This document shows positions 1 to 9,415 of a stretch of 64,000 bases of DNA, one piece after another. The translations under genes were made by a program, and so were the position numbers. Below the pieces are notes generated by a model. The model saw only the letters and a program-made list of their open reading frames with translations. It did not search any database and was not told where the DNA came from. This stretch comes from a virus. Every line of letters starts with the position of its first letter. The first letter of the stretch is position 1. Where the stretch lies: the IMG/VR virus record IMGVR_UViG_3300021478_000794, positions 25,391 to 89,390 of that record. One strand, 5' to 3'.

Positions 1-314
1 TCATTACGGGAGTCGGAACGGCCTATCCGACGACCTGGACTCCTCCTCCGTCGATCGCCGGATCGGTTAGTAACCTCGGCGTCTGGACGAACCCGTCCTC
101 CGCTTTAAGCGATTTCCTTAACGTCCAGTACCTTTCGGTCGAGGCGGTTTGCGCGGTTACCCGGGCGAGGATTAAACCGGGCGAGCCGGTCCTCATCCTT
201 GACGAGCATATTATCTCGAAACCGGCCTTTACCCGGTTACTCCGGGAAAGCTTCGAGAAAATGATTACGCCGAAGGTCGAGACGATGCACGAAATCTCGG
301 ACTACGATAGTTAA
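1..314 (+). CDS. 5'-truncated hypothetical protein ending in the shared MHE-x-S-G-W-D-type tag
   Basis: Frame open from nt 3 to TAA at 312-314; ends ITPKVETMHEISDYDS*; not in the ORF track. Confidence 0.8.
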   Translation, partial: ITGVGTAYPTTWTPPPSIAGSVSNLGVWTNPSSALSDFLNVQYLSVEAVCAVTRARIKPGEPVLILDEHIISKPAFTRLLRESFEKMITPKVETMHEISDYDS

Positions 315-1075
315 GCCGTTACGGTAAAGTTAACCGTCGCGCTGGCCTGACGGTCGACGCCCCGGACGTAAACCGGGACGGTCCCGACGATTAGATCGTA
401 CGCCGGTACTACCACCGTCATTAAGGTCGGATTAACGAACGTCGGCGTCTTCGTCTTTCCGGCCCATTTTACGATATCCCCGTCGACGAAATTATTCCCG
501 ACTAGATTGAGCGTTAGCGTCCCGAGCGCGGCGCTCGCGGTCGACGGCGAAAGGCTACTTAGAACCGGCGCGGGGCCTAAGGCCGCCCGGAGATCTAAAT
601 AAAGCGGATTACTCGTAATCGCCGGGCCGCCGGTATTGTCCTGGACCGTAACGAGGATAACCCGGGAGGCTCCTAAGGTCGTCGGATCGAGTCCCGCGAC
701 CGTTAAGGTATTCGGATCGGTTAAGGTCGTCGGATAAGAGATCCCGTCTAGGAGGACGACGCAGCCGCTATCGAACCGCCCGCTCCCGTCTCCTTTTACG
801 ACGAACGAGAAAGGCGCTCCGTTCGTTCGCGCTACCCGGGGAGTAACCGAAGAAAGGTAAATCGGAAAAGTCGGAGCTGGGTCGAGGGAAGGAACGAAGG
901 AAGTAAATAACCCCGAAACCTTCATCGGATTAAACAGACTCGTCGCATCCACAACATCCGTCACCCGTAAGGTACCCGGGGATTGAACCGTAACGGGAGG
1001 GAGGAGGTTAAGCTGACGGAGGAACTCTTTGACCTGATTGTCAGCCGTCGGCGAATAAGTAATCGTGTAAGGCAT
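311..1075 (-). CDS. IPT/TIG (Ig-like) repeat virion protein
   Basis: Two Ig-like repeats (LSSVTP...G.F.SG; PVLSSLSP...GNNFVDG); start MPYT at 1075 lies 6 nt after a GTATTTA motif. Confidence 0.7.
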   Translation of the reverse strand: MPYTITYSPTADNQVKEFLRQLNLLPPVTVQSPGTLRVTDVVDATSLFNPMKVSGLFTSFVPSLDPAPTFPIYLSSVTPRVARTNGAPFSFVVKGDGSGRFDSGCVVLLDGISYPTTLTDPNTLTVAGLDPTTLGASRVILVTVQDNTGGPAITSNPLYLDLRAALGPAPVLSSLSPSTASAALGTLTLNLVGNNFVDGDIVKWAGKTKTPTFVNPTLMTVVVPAYDLIVGTVPVYVRGVDRQASATVNFTVTA

Positions 1076-1081
1076 GGACGA

Positions 1082-1098
1082 TAAATACCCGCGTTCTA
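1082..1098. promoter_or_regulatory. back-to-back class B (GTATTTA, minus) and class C (CGTTCTA, plus) motifs
   Basis: Same arrangement recurs at 49287-49301 between divergent genes. Confidence 0.6.
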
Positions 1099-1114
1099 GA
1101 TAATTAGAGGGACT

Positions 1115-1576
1115 ATGAGTTACGACAGTACCCCCGACACCCAAGAGCATATTTTTAAGGTCGCCTCGAACCTCGACGCTATCATATTTAATTTAAGCCA
1201 TCGCTCCCTCGTCCACGACCGATCGAAATTCGGGCCGGTCGAGAAGGAGGCCTTCGACCGGCTAACTCCCCGGCTTAAAAATTTAACATACGGGAGCGAG
1301 GAGTACCGGGCTTCCCTCCGGGAAATGAAACCGGCCCTCGCGCATCATTACGAGCATAATTCCCACCATCCCGAACATTACCCCGGCGGGGTTCTCGATA
1401 TGAGCCTCCTCGATATCCTAGAAATGTTGGCCGACTGGAAGGCGGCGGGTGAGCGGCACGACCCCCCTAACCCCCTCGATAAATCGATCGCCTACAACGC
1501 CGAACGCTTTAAACTCTCGCCTGAGATGACGAAAATCTTATCGACGACGGCGCGGGAACTGGGATGGATCGTATGA
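1115..1576 (+). CDS. DUF5662-like HD-fold protein
   Basis: HDRSK...ALAHHYEHNSHHPEHY...DILEMLADW pattern. Confidence 0.75.
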   Translation: MSYDSTPDTQEHIFKVASNLDAIIFNLSHRSLVHDRSKFGPVEKEAFDRLTPRLKNLTYGSEEYRASLREMKPALAHHYEHNSHHPEHYPGGVLDMSLLDILEMLADWKAAGERHDPPNPLDKSIAYNAERFKLSPEMTKILSTTARELGWIV

Positions 1577-1734
1577 CGAGGGACGAACTTTTTATCGTTA
1601 TCGCGAAGCTAAAGGAAGAGCACGGGGAGGCCTTCGATCGTTGGTACGATCAGGCCAATTTCCCGGATATCGAAGATTATTGCAAAACCGGCTTCGTCTT
1701 AGAACGCTTTTTCGAAGGAACGAGCGCCCTCTAA
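1573..1734 (+). CDS. small hypothetical protein (53 aa)
   Basis: ATGA overlap with upstream stop; MTRDELFIVIAKLKEEHG...; followed by terminator. Confidence 0.6.
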   Translation: MTRDELFIVIAKLKEEHGEAFDRWYDQANFPDIEDYCKTGFVLERFFEGTSAL

Positions 1735-1739
1735 AAATG

Positions 1740-1776
1740 AAAAAAGGCCGCCCCGGTTAAGGAGCGGCCTCTTTCT
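1740..1776. terminator. bidirectional intrinsic terminator
   Basis: A-tract, GGCCGC...GCGGCC stem, T-rich tail, between convergent genes. Confidence 0.75.
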
Positions 1777-1789
1777 AAAGGGTTAAATT

Positions 1790-2512
1790 TTACTCTTTAT
1801 CTTTAGGTTCCGGAACGGTCGGCTGGATCGGGTGGGCCGGTCCGATCGCTTCCGGATCGGTCGGGGGTGGGGTCGTTCCGCCGTTTCCTCCGTTCGGGGG
1901 AGGAGTCGTGGTCGGTAGTTGCGGAACGCGGGCCCACATCCACCCATAACCGGGAACGAAACACCAGACCCAACCGCTACCTTCCGGATCTTGGGCCGGG
2001 AGTTGCCCCGGTAGACCGCCCGGTTTCGGAGGTCTAACTTCGGGAATCCCGTAACCCGGATCGACCGGTCTTTCGGGATAGCCGTAACCGGGATCGACGG
2101 GACCTTGGGGAGGTCGAGAAGGCCAAGGAGGTTGCGGCATTGGAAATCCGATATCGACGTAAGGAGGTCGAGGCCGTGCCCAAGGCGGCGAGTAACCCGG
2201 GTCGACCGGCGGTCGAGCCCAAGGCGGGGAATAACCCGGATCGACCGGTCGGATAGGATACCCGTAACCGGGATCGACGGGCCTTTCCGGATACCCATAA
2301 CCGGGATCGACCGGCCCTTGGGGCGGTTTCGGTCGGATAGGTACCCCATAGCCGGGATCGACCGGTCTTTCGGGATATCCATAACCGGGATCGACCGGTC
2401 TTGAGGGAGGTTGCGGTTGAGTAGGGGGAGGACCGCCGGGCATAGGACCGCCGCCGACTTGGGTATCGGAATAAGTCAGAACGCCTTGGAAGATTACGGG
2501 GATAGCTGCCAT
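1790..2512 (-). CDS. proline-rich PVDPGY-repeat protein
   Basis: Eight PVDPGY units plus a GWVWCFVPGYGWMW segment. Confidence 0.75.
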   Translation of the reverse strand: MAAIPVIFQGVLTYSDTQVGGGPMPGGPPPTQPQPPSRPVDPGYGYPERPVDPGYGVPIRPKPPQGPVDPGYGYPERPVDPGYGYPIRPVDPGYSPPWARPPVDPGYSPPWARPRPPYVDIGFPMPQPPWPSRPPQGPVDPGYGYPERPVDPGYGIPEVRPPKPGGLPGQLPAQDPEGSGWVWCFVPGYGWMWARVPQLPTTTPPPNGGNGGTTPPPTDPEAIGPAHPIQPTVPEPKDKE

Positions 2513-2638
2513 AATTTAATCTTTTCGTGTAGTATGAGGTATAGGGGAGTAGGGATTATAGCGACGAGGTTTGACGCTACGATTAAACTACCGATGAAGA
2601 TAGATTAAAGGAAAAAGCTTCGTTAGTAGTTAAGGGAC

Positions 2639-3139
2639 GTGACGAACGATGTACTCGGTTTCGGAGGGGCCGTTCTCAACTTTAAAGTCGAGCGGCTCGG
2701 CCCGAGCGGCGAGCTTAAATTCTATCTAACGGCGGATCGACCCGGCTTCCGTTGGACTATCACCTACAACGGGGTCACTACCAAAAACGTAACCATGCTA
2801 GCCCTACAAAACGACCAACAAGTAACCGCCTCGATTCAACCGGTCGACGCGAAAGGAAATCCGGCGAAAGTCGACGGCGCTCCGGAATGGAGTTCCAGTA
2901 GCGAAGACGTCGCCGTCGTAAAGGCCGCTCCCGACGGACTGTCGGCGACTGTCGCCGGAGTCGATATCGGAACCTGCCAGATCAACGTTAAGGCGGACGC
3001 CGACCTCGGGGAAGGAACGACGGCGCTTACCGGTACGCTCGACGTCGAAGTAGTGGCGGGCTCGGCGGTAGCGCTCTCGATTACGACCGGTACTCCCGAA
3101 CCGAAGAAGGAAATAAATCCGCTCGGACCGAGAAAATAA
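2639..3139 (+). CDS. Ig-like domain protein
   Basis: QPVDAKGNPA...WSSSSEDVAVV...GTCQINV pattern; GTAGTTA motif 6 nt upstream of GTG. Confidence 0.6.
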   Translation: MTNDVLGFGGAVLNFKVERLGPSGELKFYLTADRPGFRWTITYNGVTTKNVTMLALQNDQQVTASIQPVDAKGNPAKVDGAPEWSSSSEDVAVVKAAPDGLSATVAGVDIGTCQINVKADADLGEGTTALTGTLDVEVVAGSAVALSITTGTPEPKKEINPLGPRK

Positions 3140-3150
3140 TTTTAACCAAT

Positions 3151-3191
3151 AAAAAGAAGCGGCGGAGGTCGAACCTCCGCCGTTTTCTTTT
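3151..3191. terminator. bidirectional intrinsic terminator
   Basis: aaaaagaagcggcggaggtcgaacctccgccgttttcttt hairpin between convergent genes. Confidence 0.8.
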
Positions 3192-3726
3192 AAATTAAGC
3201 CTCCGAACGCCTCGGGGGTAACCGGCTCCCCGTTATACGGGTTCTTCGCCCCCCATCCGAACGCGACCGCGTCGAGAAGGGTCGCCGAGTCGACCATCTC
3301 CGCTTCCATTAGAACCTTATGATCGATATTGAGAGGGATATCGCCGGTTCCGTCGTCCACGAACCAGAGGGAGTTAACCCCCCGATGCTTCATAATCTCT
3401 TGTATCGGCCAGCAATGCGCTTCCCGTAAAGCGCCGAGATTCCGGAAGACGACCCGGACCGGCTTCCCGTCCGCCGTATCTTTTAAAACTTGAATCTGGG
3501 AGTGGAGATGTTCCGGGGTAAAATTCGATCCGTCGACGAGAAGGGTATTCTTAACCCCGAGCGAATTCGTTAATTCCTCCCCGCTACCCGGACGGGCGTT
3601 TACGACGTGGAAGATACGAGCCATTCGTTCCATCGCGTCTAAACCGAGGGCCGGGAGGGCGTGAACCGAGGTAATCGCTTCGGGATCTACCTCCATGTCC
3701 GAAAGATCGACTAGTTCCTCATCCAT
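3190..3726 (-). CDS. hypothetical protein, possibly a degenerate AAA+/P-loop domain
   Basis: Last gene of the MoxR cluster; FHVVNARPGSGEE resembles a broken Walker A and RVVFRNL a broken Walker B. Confidence 0.5.
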   Translation of the reverse strand: MDEELVDLSDMEVDPEAITSVHALPALGLDAMERMARIFHVVNARPGSGEELTNSLGVKNTLLVDGSNFTPEHLHSQIQVLKDTADGKPVRVVFRNLGALREAHCWPIQEIMKHRGVNSLWFVDDGTGDIPLNIDHKVLMEAEMVDSATLLDAVAFGWGAKNPYNGEPVTPEAFGGLI

Positions 3727-3741
3727 ATTCTCTTCTCTTTT

Positions 3742-4992
3742 TTACTTCTTTACGCCTACCCCGGCGAAGATGTCCTTCCCTCGCCCTTTCTCCTCCTGGC
3801 CCTTAATCCAGTTCGGATCGTCGACGTAGGTCCGGATAATCTTACACCCCACCGGAATCGCCTCGGTCGAATGCTGAGAGGTTAGGACGAAGCACCACTT
3901 CGGCGGTACGATTAACTTCGGCGGAGGATTCGCGAACGCCCCGTCCGTTAGCATCATGTATCCATCCATATCCTTATAGAAGGGCTGCTTTAAAACCGCC
4001 GCGATCCCTTCCCAAGGGCTCGTCCCGCCCCCTCCCTCCATAGGGACGTAATTATGCGGCCGCATCGGGCCCTGCCGGATCCCGTCGTCGAAGGTAAAGA
4101 TATAAAGCTCCGCGACGTCCGGCTTAACGCTCTTTAGAATCGAGGTAAAATCGAATTGAATCCCGATATCGAAAACCGAACCGGAGACGTCGACGAAAAC
4201 CGCCATCTTACAAATCTTCGACCGCATTACGGGGACGTTCCGGGCCGGTAACCGGACGTTCGACCCGCTTATCTCGCCGAGCTGGGCGCGGACGCTCTGG
4301 AGCTTAGTTTCCTCCCGCGTCCACATATCCTCGTAAACTTCCGCTTCCCGGCTCTTAAACCAGTCCCGAACCGCCGCTTTCCAGAGTCCCGTCTCGATCG
4401 GTCGGTAGCCGGTCTGATTTAACTCGCGGCCCGCGCCGCCGCCCCGGCTTAGGCGTTTATCTTTTCCGTAACCGGGATGCAGTTCCGACATCCGGGTAAT
4501 CGGGTTCCGCTGTATCCGCTCAACGGCTTTCCGGACTTCGTCCTGAATAATCGGGTTCCCGTCTTCCCCGAGCGTTTTATTCCGCTCTTCGTCCGCTTCT
4601 TTCGAGGCCGAATGGGCGTACTTCTCCCCGAGCTTATCGTATTCCGGATCGTCCGCTCCGGACGGATCTCCCACTCCCGTTCCTTCGCCCTCGCCCTCGC
4701 CCGGTTCACCGCCCTCTCCCTCGCCTTCTCCCTCGCCCTCTCCCGGTTCGCCCGGTTCGCCTTTTTCGCCCTTTTTAGGTTTCGGCTTCTTCTTACCGCC
4801 CGGACCCGCGCCGCCTCCTCCGCCCTTCTCCTGATCGCGCCAATCTTCGGTCGACGTTTCGTAGGACGGAATAACCGCTCCCTTACCGTCCGGAGTAGCG
4901 TCGATCGCGCCCGATCCCTTCGGGATTTCCATCCCGGGCGCTAAAACGAGCCGTAAATCGCCGATCGTCGTCTTTAAGGAATTAAAAGGCAT
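3742..4992 (-). CDS. VWA-domain protein (DUF2201 C-terminal-like)
   Basis: MIDAS DVSGS, GGGGTS and LTDG motifs; G/E-rich linker. Confidence 0.8.
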   Translation of the reverse strand: MPFNSLKTTIGDLRLVLAPGMEIPKGSGAIDATPDGKGAVIPSYETSTEDWRDQEKGGGGGAGPGGKKKPKPKKGEKGEPGEPGEGEGEGEGEGGEPGEGEGEGTGVGDPSGADDPEYDKLGEKYAHSASKEADEERNKTLGEDGNPIIQDEVRKAVERIQRNPITRMSELHPGYGKDKRLSRGGGAGRELNQTGYRPIETGLWKAAVRDWFKSREAEVYEDMWTREETKLQSVRAQLGEISGSNVRLPARNVPVMRSKICKMAVFVDVSGSVFDIGIQFDFTSILKSVKPDVAELYIFTFDDGIRQGPMRPHNYVPMEGGGGTSPWEGIAAVLKQPFYKDMDGYMMLTDGAFANPPPKLIVPPKWCFVLTSQHSTEAIPVGCKIIRTYVDDPNWIKGQEEKGRGKDIFAGVGVKK

Positions 4993-5013
4993 ATCGAATA
5001 CATTTCGTTTTCT

Positions 5014-6576
5014 CTAACGCTGCCCCTGTAACCGTATAAGCCAGCTAACCATTCCCTTAAGGTCCGCCGGAGTTTTAAAGATTTCGGTCGGGCCGAAGGT
5101 AAACTCTTCCATCCCCTTCGCCGCGAGAAGGGCGGCCTGACGTCGAAAGTCGCGGACGGTCGTCTTAAACGGAACGGGCCCCTTTTCCGCCGCGATCTTT
5201 TGGAGCGCGATAATATTTGGCGAAAGCGGGATCCGGGGTATCGCCGAGCCTCCCGGCTCTTCCGCCGGAGCTTCCGCCGCCGGAACTTCTTCGGGCGTTA
5301 GAGGAGCTTCGGGAACCGCCGCCGGAGCTTCCGCTTCCGGAGCCGCCGCCGTAGCTTCCGGAGCTTCCGGAGCCGTCGGCGGTTCTTCGATCCCTCCTAA
5401 CGTTCGCTCCGCTTCCCGGGCGACGTCCGCCGCTAACTTTTTATTAAGGTCTTCTTGGGCCTCGACGACCGCTAAGTCGTCGGCATCGTCCCGCTCCTTA
5501 ATTAAGCGGTCGATCTCGTCGAGATTCGCGATCTCCGGGATCCCGACCGCCGCCGCGAACGGCTCCCAAGTCATCGGGCGCGTTCCCGCCGCCTTCATCC
5601 TCGCGTACGTCTCGACGATCTTCCGGGAGGTCGGGAAAGACTTTTTCCCGAGCTGGGTCGTTATCCCGATCGCCCGCGAGAGCCAGACCCACTCGGGCTG
5701 GGTAATATCGTCGGTATAAAAAATATCCGCTTCGCCTTCCTGATCGGCGACCCGCTTTAGTTTCTCGATAAGCCCGTAGGTATCGTGGGACTTAACGAAG
5801 ACGACGTCGCCCGGCTCGACGTAAACCTTCTGGCTGACGACCTCTTCGGAAGATTCCTCGCCCCGGTCGACTTTCCGCTTCCGCTTAACCTGGCGACCGA
5901 AGGATTTATTCTCAACGGCTTTTTCGAATTGGTTCGGGTCGATCCCCTTCGACTCCATATCGGTAATCATCGCCTGATATAGTTCGAGGCAAGTCTGATC
6001 GATTTCGACCGTTCCTTTTACCTCGCCCGGCTTAACGGGATACTTCTCCCGAACCGCTTTCGGGAGGTCCTTCCAGTAGATCCCGTTCTGGAGCGTCCAA
6101 TCCTGTCGCTCCTCGGTCCGGAGCCCCGAGGACCACTTCAGCGTCCGCTTTAGGAACTCGTTAATGTAGGCGTCCGTAACGATATTCCAGATCTGCATAT
6201 ACTCGATCTGAAACATCTTAATCTGGCGGACGTGACCGAAAATAAGGTGCATAGCCTCGTGAGCGATAACGAAGGCGATATCGCCCGCCGAGAGGCTCGC
6301 CGCGAACCAGACGTTAAAGTAGTAATCGATTTTACTATTAACCGGGTTAAACCCGACGCAAGCGGTCGAGATCTCCGGATCGGTCGTCAGGATCGGTTTC
6401 CCCATTAAGGCCCCCTTCCACCCCAGCCACCAATGGGCCGAGGCTAAGATCCGGGCCGCGAATTCGAGACGTTTATCGGCGAGCTGAAAAGTTCTTTCGG
6501 TCGCCGCTTGCTCCTCGGGAGTATGATATTTGTACTTCTCCCGTAGCTCCTCTAATTCTGTAATTGAGTGACCCAT
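5014..6576 (-). CDS. HExxH metallopeptidase-like protein (DUF2201 N-terminal-like)
   Basis: TACV...FVIAHEAMHLIFGH...WNIVTDAYIN. Confidence 0.8.
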   Translation of the reverse strand: MGHSITELEELREKYKYHTPEEQAATERTFQLADKRLEFAARILASAHWWLGWKGALMGKPILTTDPEISTACVGFNPVNSKIDYYFNVWFAASLSAGDIAFVIAHEAMHLIFGHVRQIKMFQIEYMQIWNIVTDAYINEFLKRTLKWSSGLRTEERQDWTLQNGIYWKDLPKAVREKYPVKPGEVKGTVEIDQTCLELYQAMITDMESKGIDPNQFEKAVENKSFGRQVKRKRKVDRGEESSEEVVSQKVYVEPGDVVFVKSHDTYGLIEKLKRVADQEGEADIFYTDDITQPEWVWLSRAIGITTQLGKKSFPTSRKIVETYARMKAAGTRPMTWEPFAAAVGIPEIANLDEIDRLIKERDDADDLAVVEAQEDLNKKLAADVAREAERTLGGIEEPPTAPEAPEATAAAPEAEAPAAVPEAPLTPEEVPAAEAPAEEPGGSAIPRIPLSPNIIALQKIAAEKGPVPFKTTVRDFRRQAALLAAKGMEEFTFGPTEIFKTPADLKGMVSWLIRLQGQR

Positions 6577-6599
6577 TCTACTTTAAGACATTTCGGTCT

Positions 6600-8360
6600 T
6601 TAAGGACGAACTCCCGTCGTCGCGGGAGCGGGAGTCCCGCCGACCGGCGCGGGAGCGCCGGGCCTCGTAGCCGGAGCGCCCCCTAACCCTCCGGCGACTT
6701 TCCCTTTTCCGGGCGCGGTCGCGACTTTCGCCGGAGTACCCTTCTTTTCGATTCCGTACTCGATATTCCCTTGGATCGTCGCGTCGATCTGGGTCTTACA
6801 CTTATTGTAGATATCAGTTTCGCCCCGGGTCGGAGGGAGGACGTGGGGGAGATCGGGCTGGCCCTGACTTGTCGCCCAAGCCTTCCGCCACTCTTCCGGC
6901 TTATTCTGCTTCACCCACAGGTACCAGCACAAATCCTGCCGGAGAACGATCCCCGCGACTTCGGGATGCATCGCGCAAATAATCCGCGAAAAATTCCCGA
7001 TATCGTCGAGCGGGATTTTCGCCTCCCCGTCGAGCGTCGTCTTCCTTAAGCCCGCCTCGATTACCCCGGCGATCTTCGCCCCCTTAGCTTGGTCGCCCTT
7101 TACTTCGGCGATCTTCGTCTCTAGCTCGGGAGCGTCGTTCCGGAGCGACGAAAGCGCCGCCGTCGCGTCGCCGAGGACCGCCCGCTTTAACTGTTCGAAA
7201 GGCATATTTACGCCCGTCGTTTTCGAAGAAATCTTATGATGTTGGGCGATCATATTAAACCCCCGGTTCCACCACGCCATACTCTCCGCCTTTTCCCCGG
7301 GCCGGGGATTAAAGACGTCGTTATTAAGGCGCTGAATCTTGCGCATTATATAATAAAGAACCCGAGGGGTAATAATATCGCGTAAATAGACCGGCTGGCC
7401 GTCTTTACCTTCCTGAGGGTCGGCGTTTAAGATCTCCTTATACCACCATCTTAGGCATTCCCGGGCGACGCTCATACCGACCTGCCCCTTACGGCCCGGC
7501 CCGACGTAGTGATGAATTTTGGGAGCCGCCTCGACCGTTATAATCGCGTCGAACCGTCCGCCGAGCGCCGACTCTAGCTCCTGGACCGCCCGGACGATAT
7601 CTTCCCGGGGCGGGTTAATCGCCGCCCAAACCGCCTTCAACTTCCGGAACGGAACGCCGTTAATCGTCCGGGCGTGCACTAGCTCGAAAAGCTGGTTCTG
7701 GGTGGCGTGAGAGACGCGGTTAATTTCGTCGAGGAAAATCATATCGACGTGCTCTAGGTCGTGCTTCCGGACGAATTCAAGGCACGCCTTCCCGGTCTCG
7801 TCCCGCCGGACGTTCGGGATACCGACGAGGTTTAGGTACGGGTCCATCGTCGGAGCGTTAAAATAAGCGACCTTCCATTGGACAGTTTCCGCCGATTGCT
7901 CGATCATGGTCGTCTTCCCGACTCCCGACTCCCCGATTACGAGGACGGCTTGGTCGACGTGCTTCATGGCGATCCGCATCTGCGTCTCCCATTCCGCCTC
8001 TTCCATATCGAAAAAGATCCGGTCGAGAGAGTTCCCCTTCTCCTGCCCTTTAGGGATATCCTCCATCGTCTGGGGGACGTCGGGCGTCCGGTCGTCGAAC
8101 CCGTAATCCGGTATCTCCCACTCCTCCCCCGTCTCCTCTTCCCGGTATTTCTTTCCGGCTTCGTCGATTCCGACCCGGCTCCGGGGAAAGGTAATGGACG
8201 GGAGCTTACTTTCTCGCTCAATTCTTTTCGCGATAAGCGCCGCTCGCTCTTCTTCGAGCGAAAGTTTCGGCTTATCCCCGTTCGAGGGCTTCGGCTTACC
8301 CTCGTTTAGAAAGGAGTCGATATCGTTAATTATGGAGGAGGAACCCTCTTCGTTTTTCAT
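6600..8360 (-). CDS. MoxR-type AAA+ ATPase
   Basis: Walker A GESGVGKT, Walker B IFLDEINR, sensor AAINP, ALGGRF arginine finger. Confidence 0.85.
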   Translation of the reverse strand: MKNEEGSSSIINDIDSFLNEGKPKPSNGDKPKLSLEEERAALIAKRIERESKLPSITFPRSRVGIDEAGKKYREEETGEEWEIPDYGFDDRTPDVPQTMEDIPKGQEKGNSLDRIFFDMEEAEWETQMRIAMKHVDQAVLVIGESGVGKTTMIEQSAETVQWKVAYFNAPTMDPYLNLVGIPNVRRDETGKACLEFVRKHDLEHVDMIFLDEINRVSHATQNQLFELVHARTINGVPFRKLKAVWAAINPPREDIVRAVQELESALGGRFDAIITVEAAPKIHHYVGPGRKGQVGMSVARECLRWWYKEILNADPQEGKDGQPVYLRDIITPRVLYYIMRKIQRLNNDVFNPRPGEKAESMAWWNRGFNMIAQHHKISSKTTGVNMPFEQLKRAVLGDATAALSSLRNDAPELETKIAEVKGDQAKGAKIAGVIEAGLRKTTLDGEAKIPLDDIGNFSRIICAMHPEVAGIVLRQDLCWYLWVKQNKPEEWRKAWATSQGQPDLPHVLPPTRGETDIYNKCKTQIDATIQGNIEYGIEKKGTPAKVATAPGKGKVAGGLGGAPATRPGAPAPVGGTPAPATTGVRP

Positions 8361-8387
8361 ACGCTTTAAAAATTGAATTCTAAATAC

Positions 8388-8510
8388 TTAACCGACCGAG
8401 GAGTACATTTCGGGCTCCGGTAAGCCGAACTCTAACTGGGTTTCGAAGATGAAAACGATTTGACCGTCTTCTTCTAGAACGAACTGAATCCCGGAGTCTC
8501 GATCGTTCAT
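8388..8510 (-). CDS. small hypothetical protein (40 aa)
   Basis: ATGA overlap with upstream gene; MNDRDSGIQFVLEEDG... Confidence 0.4.
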   Translation of the reverse strand: MNDRDSGIQFVLEEDGQIVFIFETQLEFGLPEPEMYSSVG

Positions 8511-8815
8511 AATTTTTCGATCCGGATCTGGAAGTAGCCCTTACCGGCGTCTACTTTAATTAAGGAACGGGTAAAGGATTGGCGTTTAATCCGGGCCGCG
8601 TCCGGGGTCTCCGCGCTCGCGACGACCGTATCGGTCCGGGTATCGACGATCCGGTAGATTTTCTTCTCCGGCCTCTCCGCGACCCAGGCTTCCGCCTCTT
8701 TCTCCCGGCCTCCGCCTTTTAGGAAAACGACCGTCTTCCAGGCGCACGCGATCGGCTGATACTCCTGGAGGAGGAGCGTCCCCGTACTCGCGGTAATCCA
8801 TCTTCTTTTCATCAT
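8507..8815 (-). CDS. hypothetical protein
   Basis: ORF with CGAAATGTA motif 6 nt upstream. Confidence 0.65.
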   Translation of the reverse strand: MMKRRWITASTGTLLLQEYQPIACAWKTVVFLKGGGREKEAEAWVAERPEKKIYRIVDTRTDTVVASAETPDAARIKRQSFTRSLIKVDAGKGYFQIRIEKL

Positions 8816-8843
8816 ACCCTCTACATTTCGTGAATCGCGAGGG

Positions 8844-9113
8844 CTAATTGAGGCCGATGATTTGCGGACGACGATCGGTATCGCCGAGCCGGGTTACCGG
8901 CGCGAAGCTTTCTAGCTCGGCCCGGGAAAGGAGCCGGTTTACCGGGAACGGGTTATTCGAGATCGGACCGCCGAGAACCGCGCCGCCCGGATTAATCTTT
9001 AACGCCCAAGCGTTCCGGAGCGCGTCCCCCATATCGTCCCCCTCGACGACCGCTCCGCCGAGGAACCGCTCCGGCGGACCGGGCTCGACGAACGATAGAT
9101 ACCAGAGACTCAT
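8844..9113 (-). CDS. hypothetical protein
   Basis: Likely start MSLWYLSF overlapping the upstream stop (ATGA). Confidence 0.6.
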   Translation of the reverse strand: MSLWYLSFVEPGPPERFLGGAVVEGDDMGDALRNAWALKINPGGAVLGGPISNNPFPVNRLLSRAELESFAPVTRLGDTDRRPQIIGLN

Positions 9114-9295
9114 CGGTTTTCCTCCTTCTCCTTCTCTTTTCGGGTCTTCGCCCGGACTTCCCGCCGGACGAGTTCCTCGCCGTACCACTTCTCAAACTGT
9201 CCCGGGGTCATCGACATCTTAATTAAGCAGATCGCGAGATCGTACTTTTCTAAGTCTTCCTTAGTAATCGGCGTCAACATTTTTCTCCTCTCCAA
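9110..9295 (-). CDS. hypothetical protein
   Basis: Short ORF in same-strand run. Confidence 0.5.
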   Translation of the reverse strand: MERRKMLTPITKEDLEKYDLAICLIKMSMTPGQFEKWYGEELVRREVRAKTRKEKEKEENR

Positions 9296-9299
9296 AAAT

Positions 9300-9326
9300 G
9301 AGCCGGGAGTATTACCTCCCGGCTCC
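9300..9326 (-). terminator. intrinsic terminator
   Basis: gagccgggag/ctcccggctc stem followed by a U-tract on the minus strand. Confidence 0.65.
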
Positions 9327-9328
9327 CC

Positions 9329-9398
9329 TGCCGCACCAGGCCTTACCCCGCCATGCCTTATCTCGCCATGCCAGGTCTCGCCTTGCCTTACCGTGCTC
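9329..9398. repeat. degenerate pentamer tandem array (14 units, N-R-Y-C-N)
   Basis: tgccg cacca ggcct taccc cgcca tgcct tatct cgcca tgcca ggtct cgcct tgcct taccg tgctc. Confidence 0.8.
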
Positions 9399-9415
9399 CG
9401 GCTTTCCGAAGATCG

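Noticed and set aside
2050-2400. CCGGGATCGACCGG repeats as a CRISPR array
   Set aside because: Repeats are short and in-frame with codon-position variation; they encode PVDPGY units, and no cas genes are visible.
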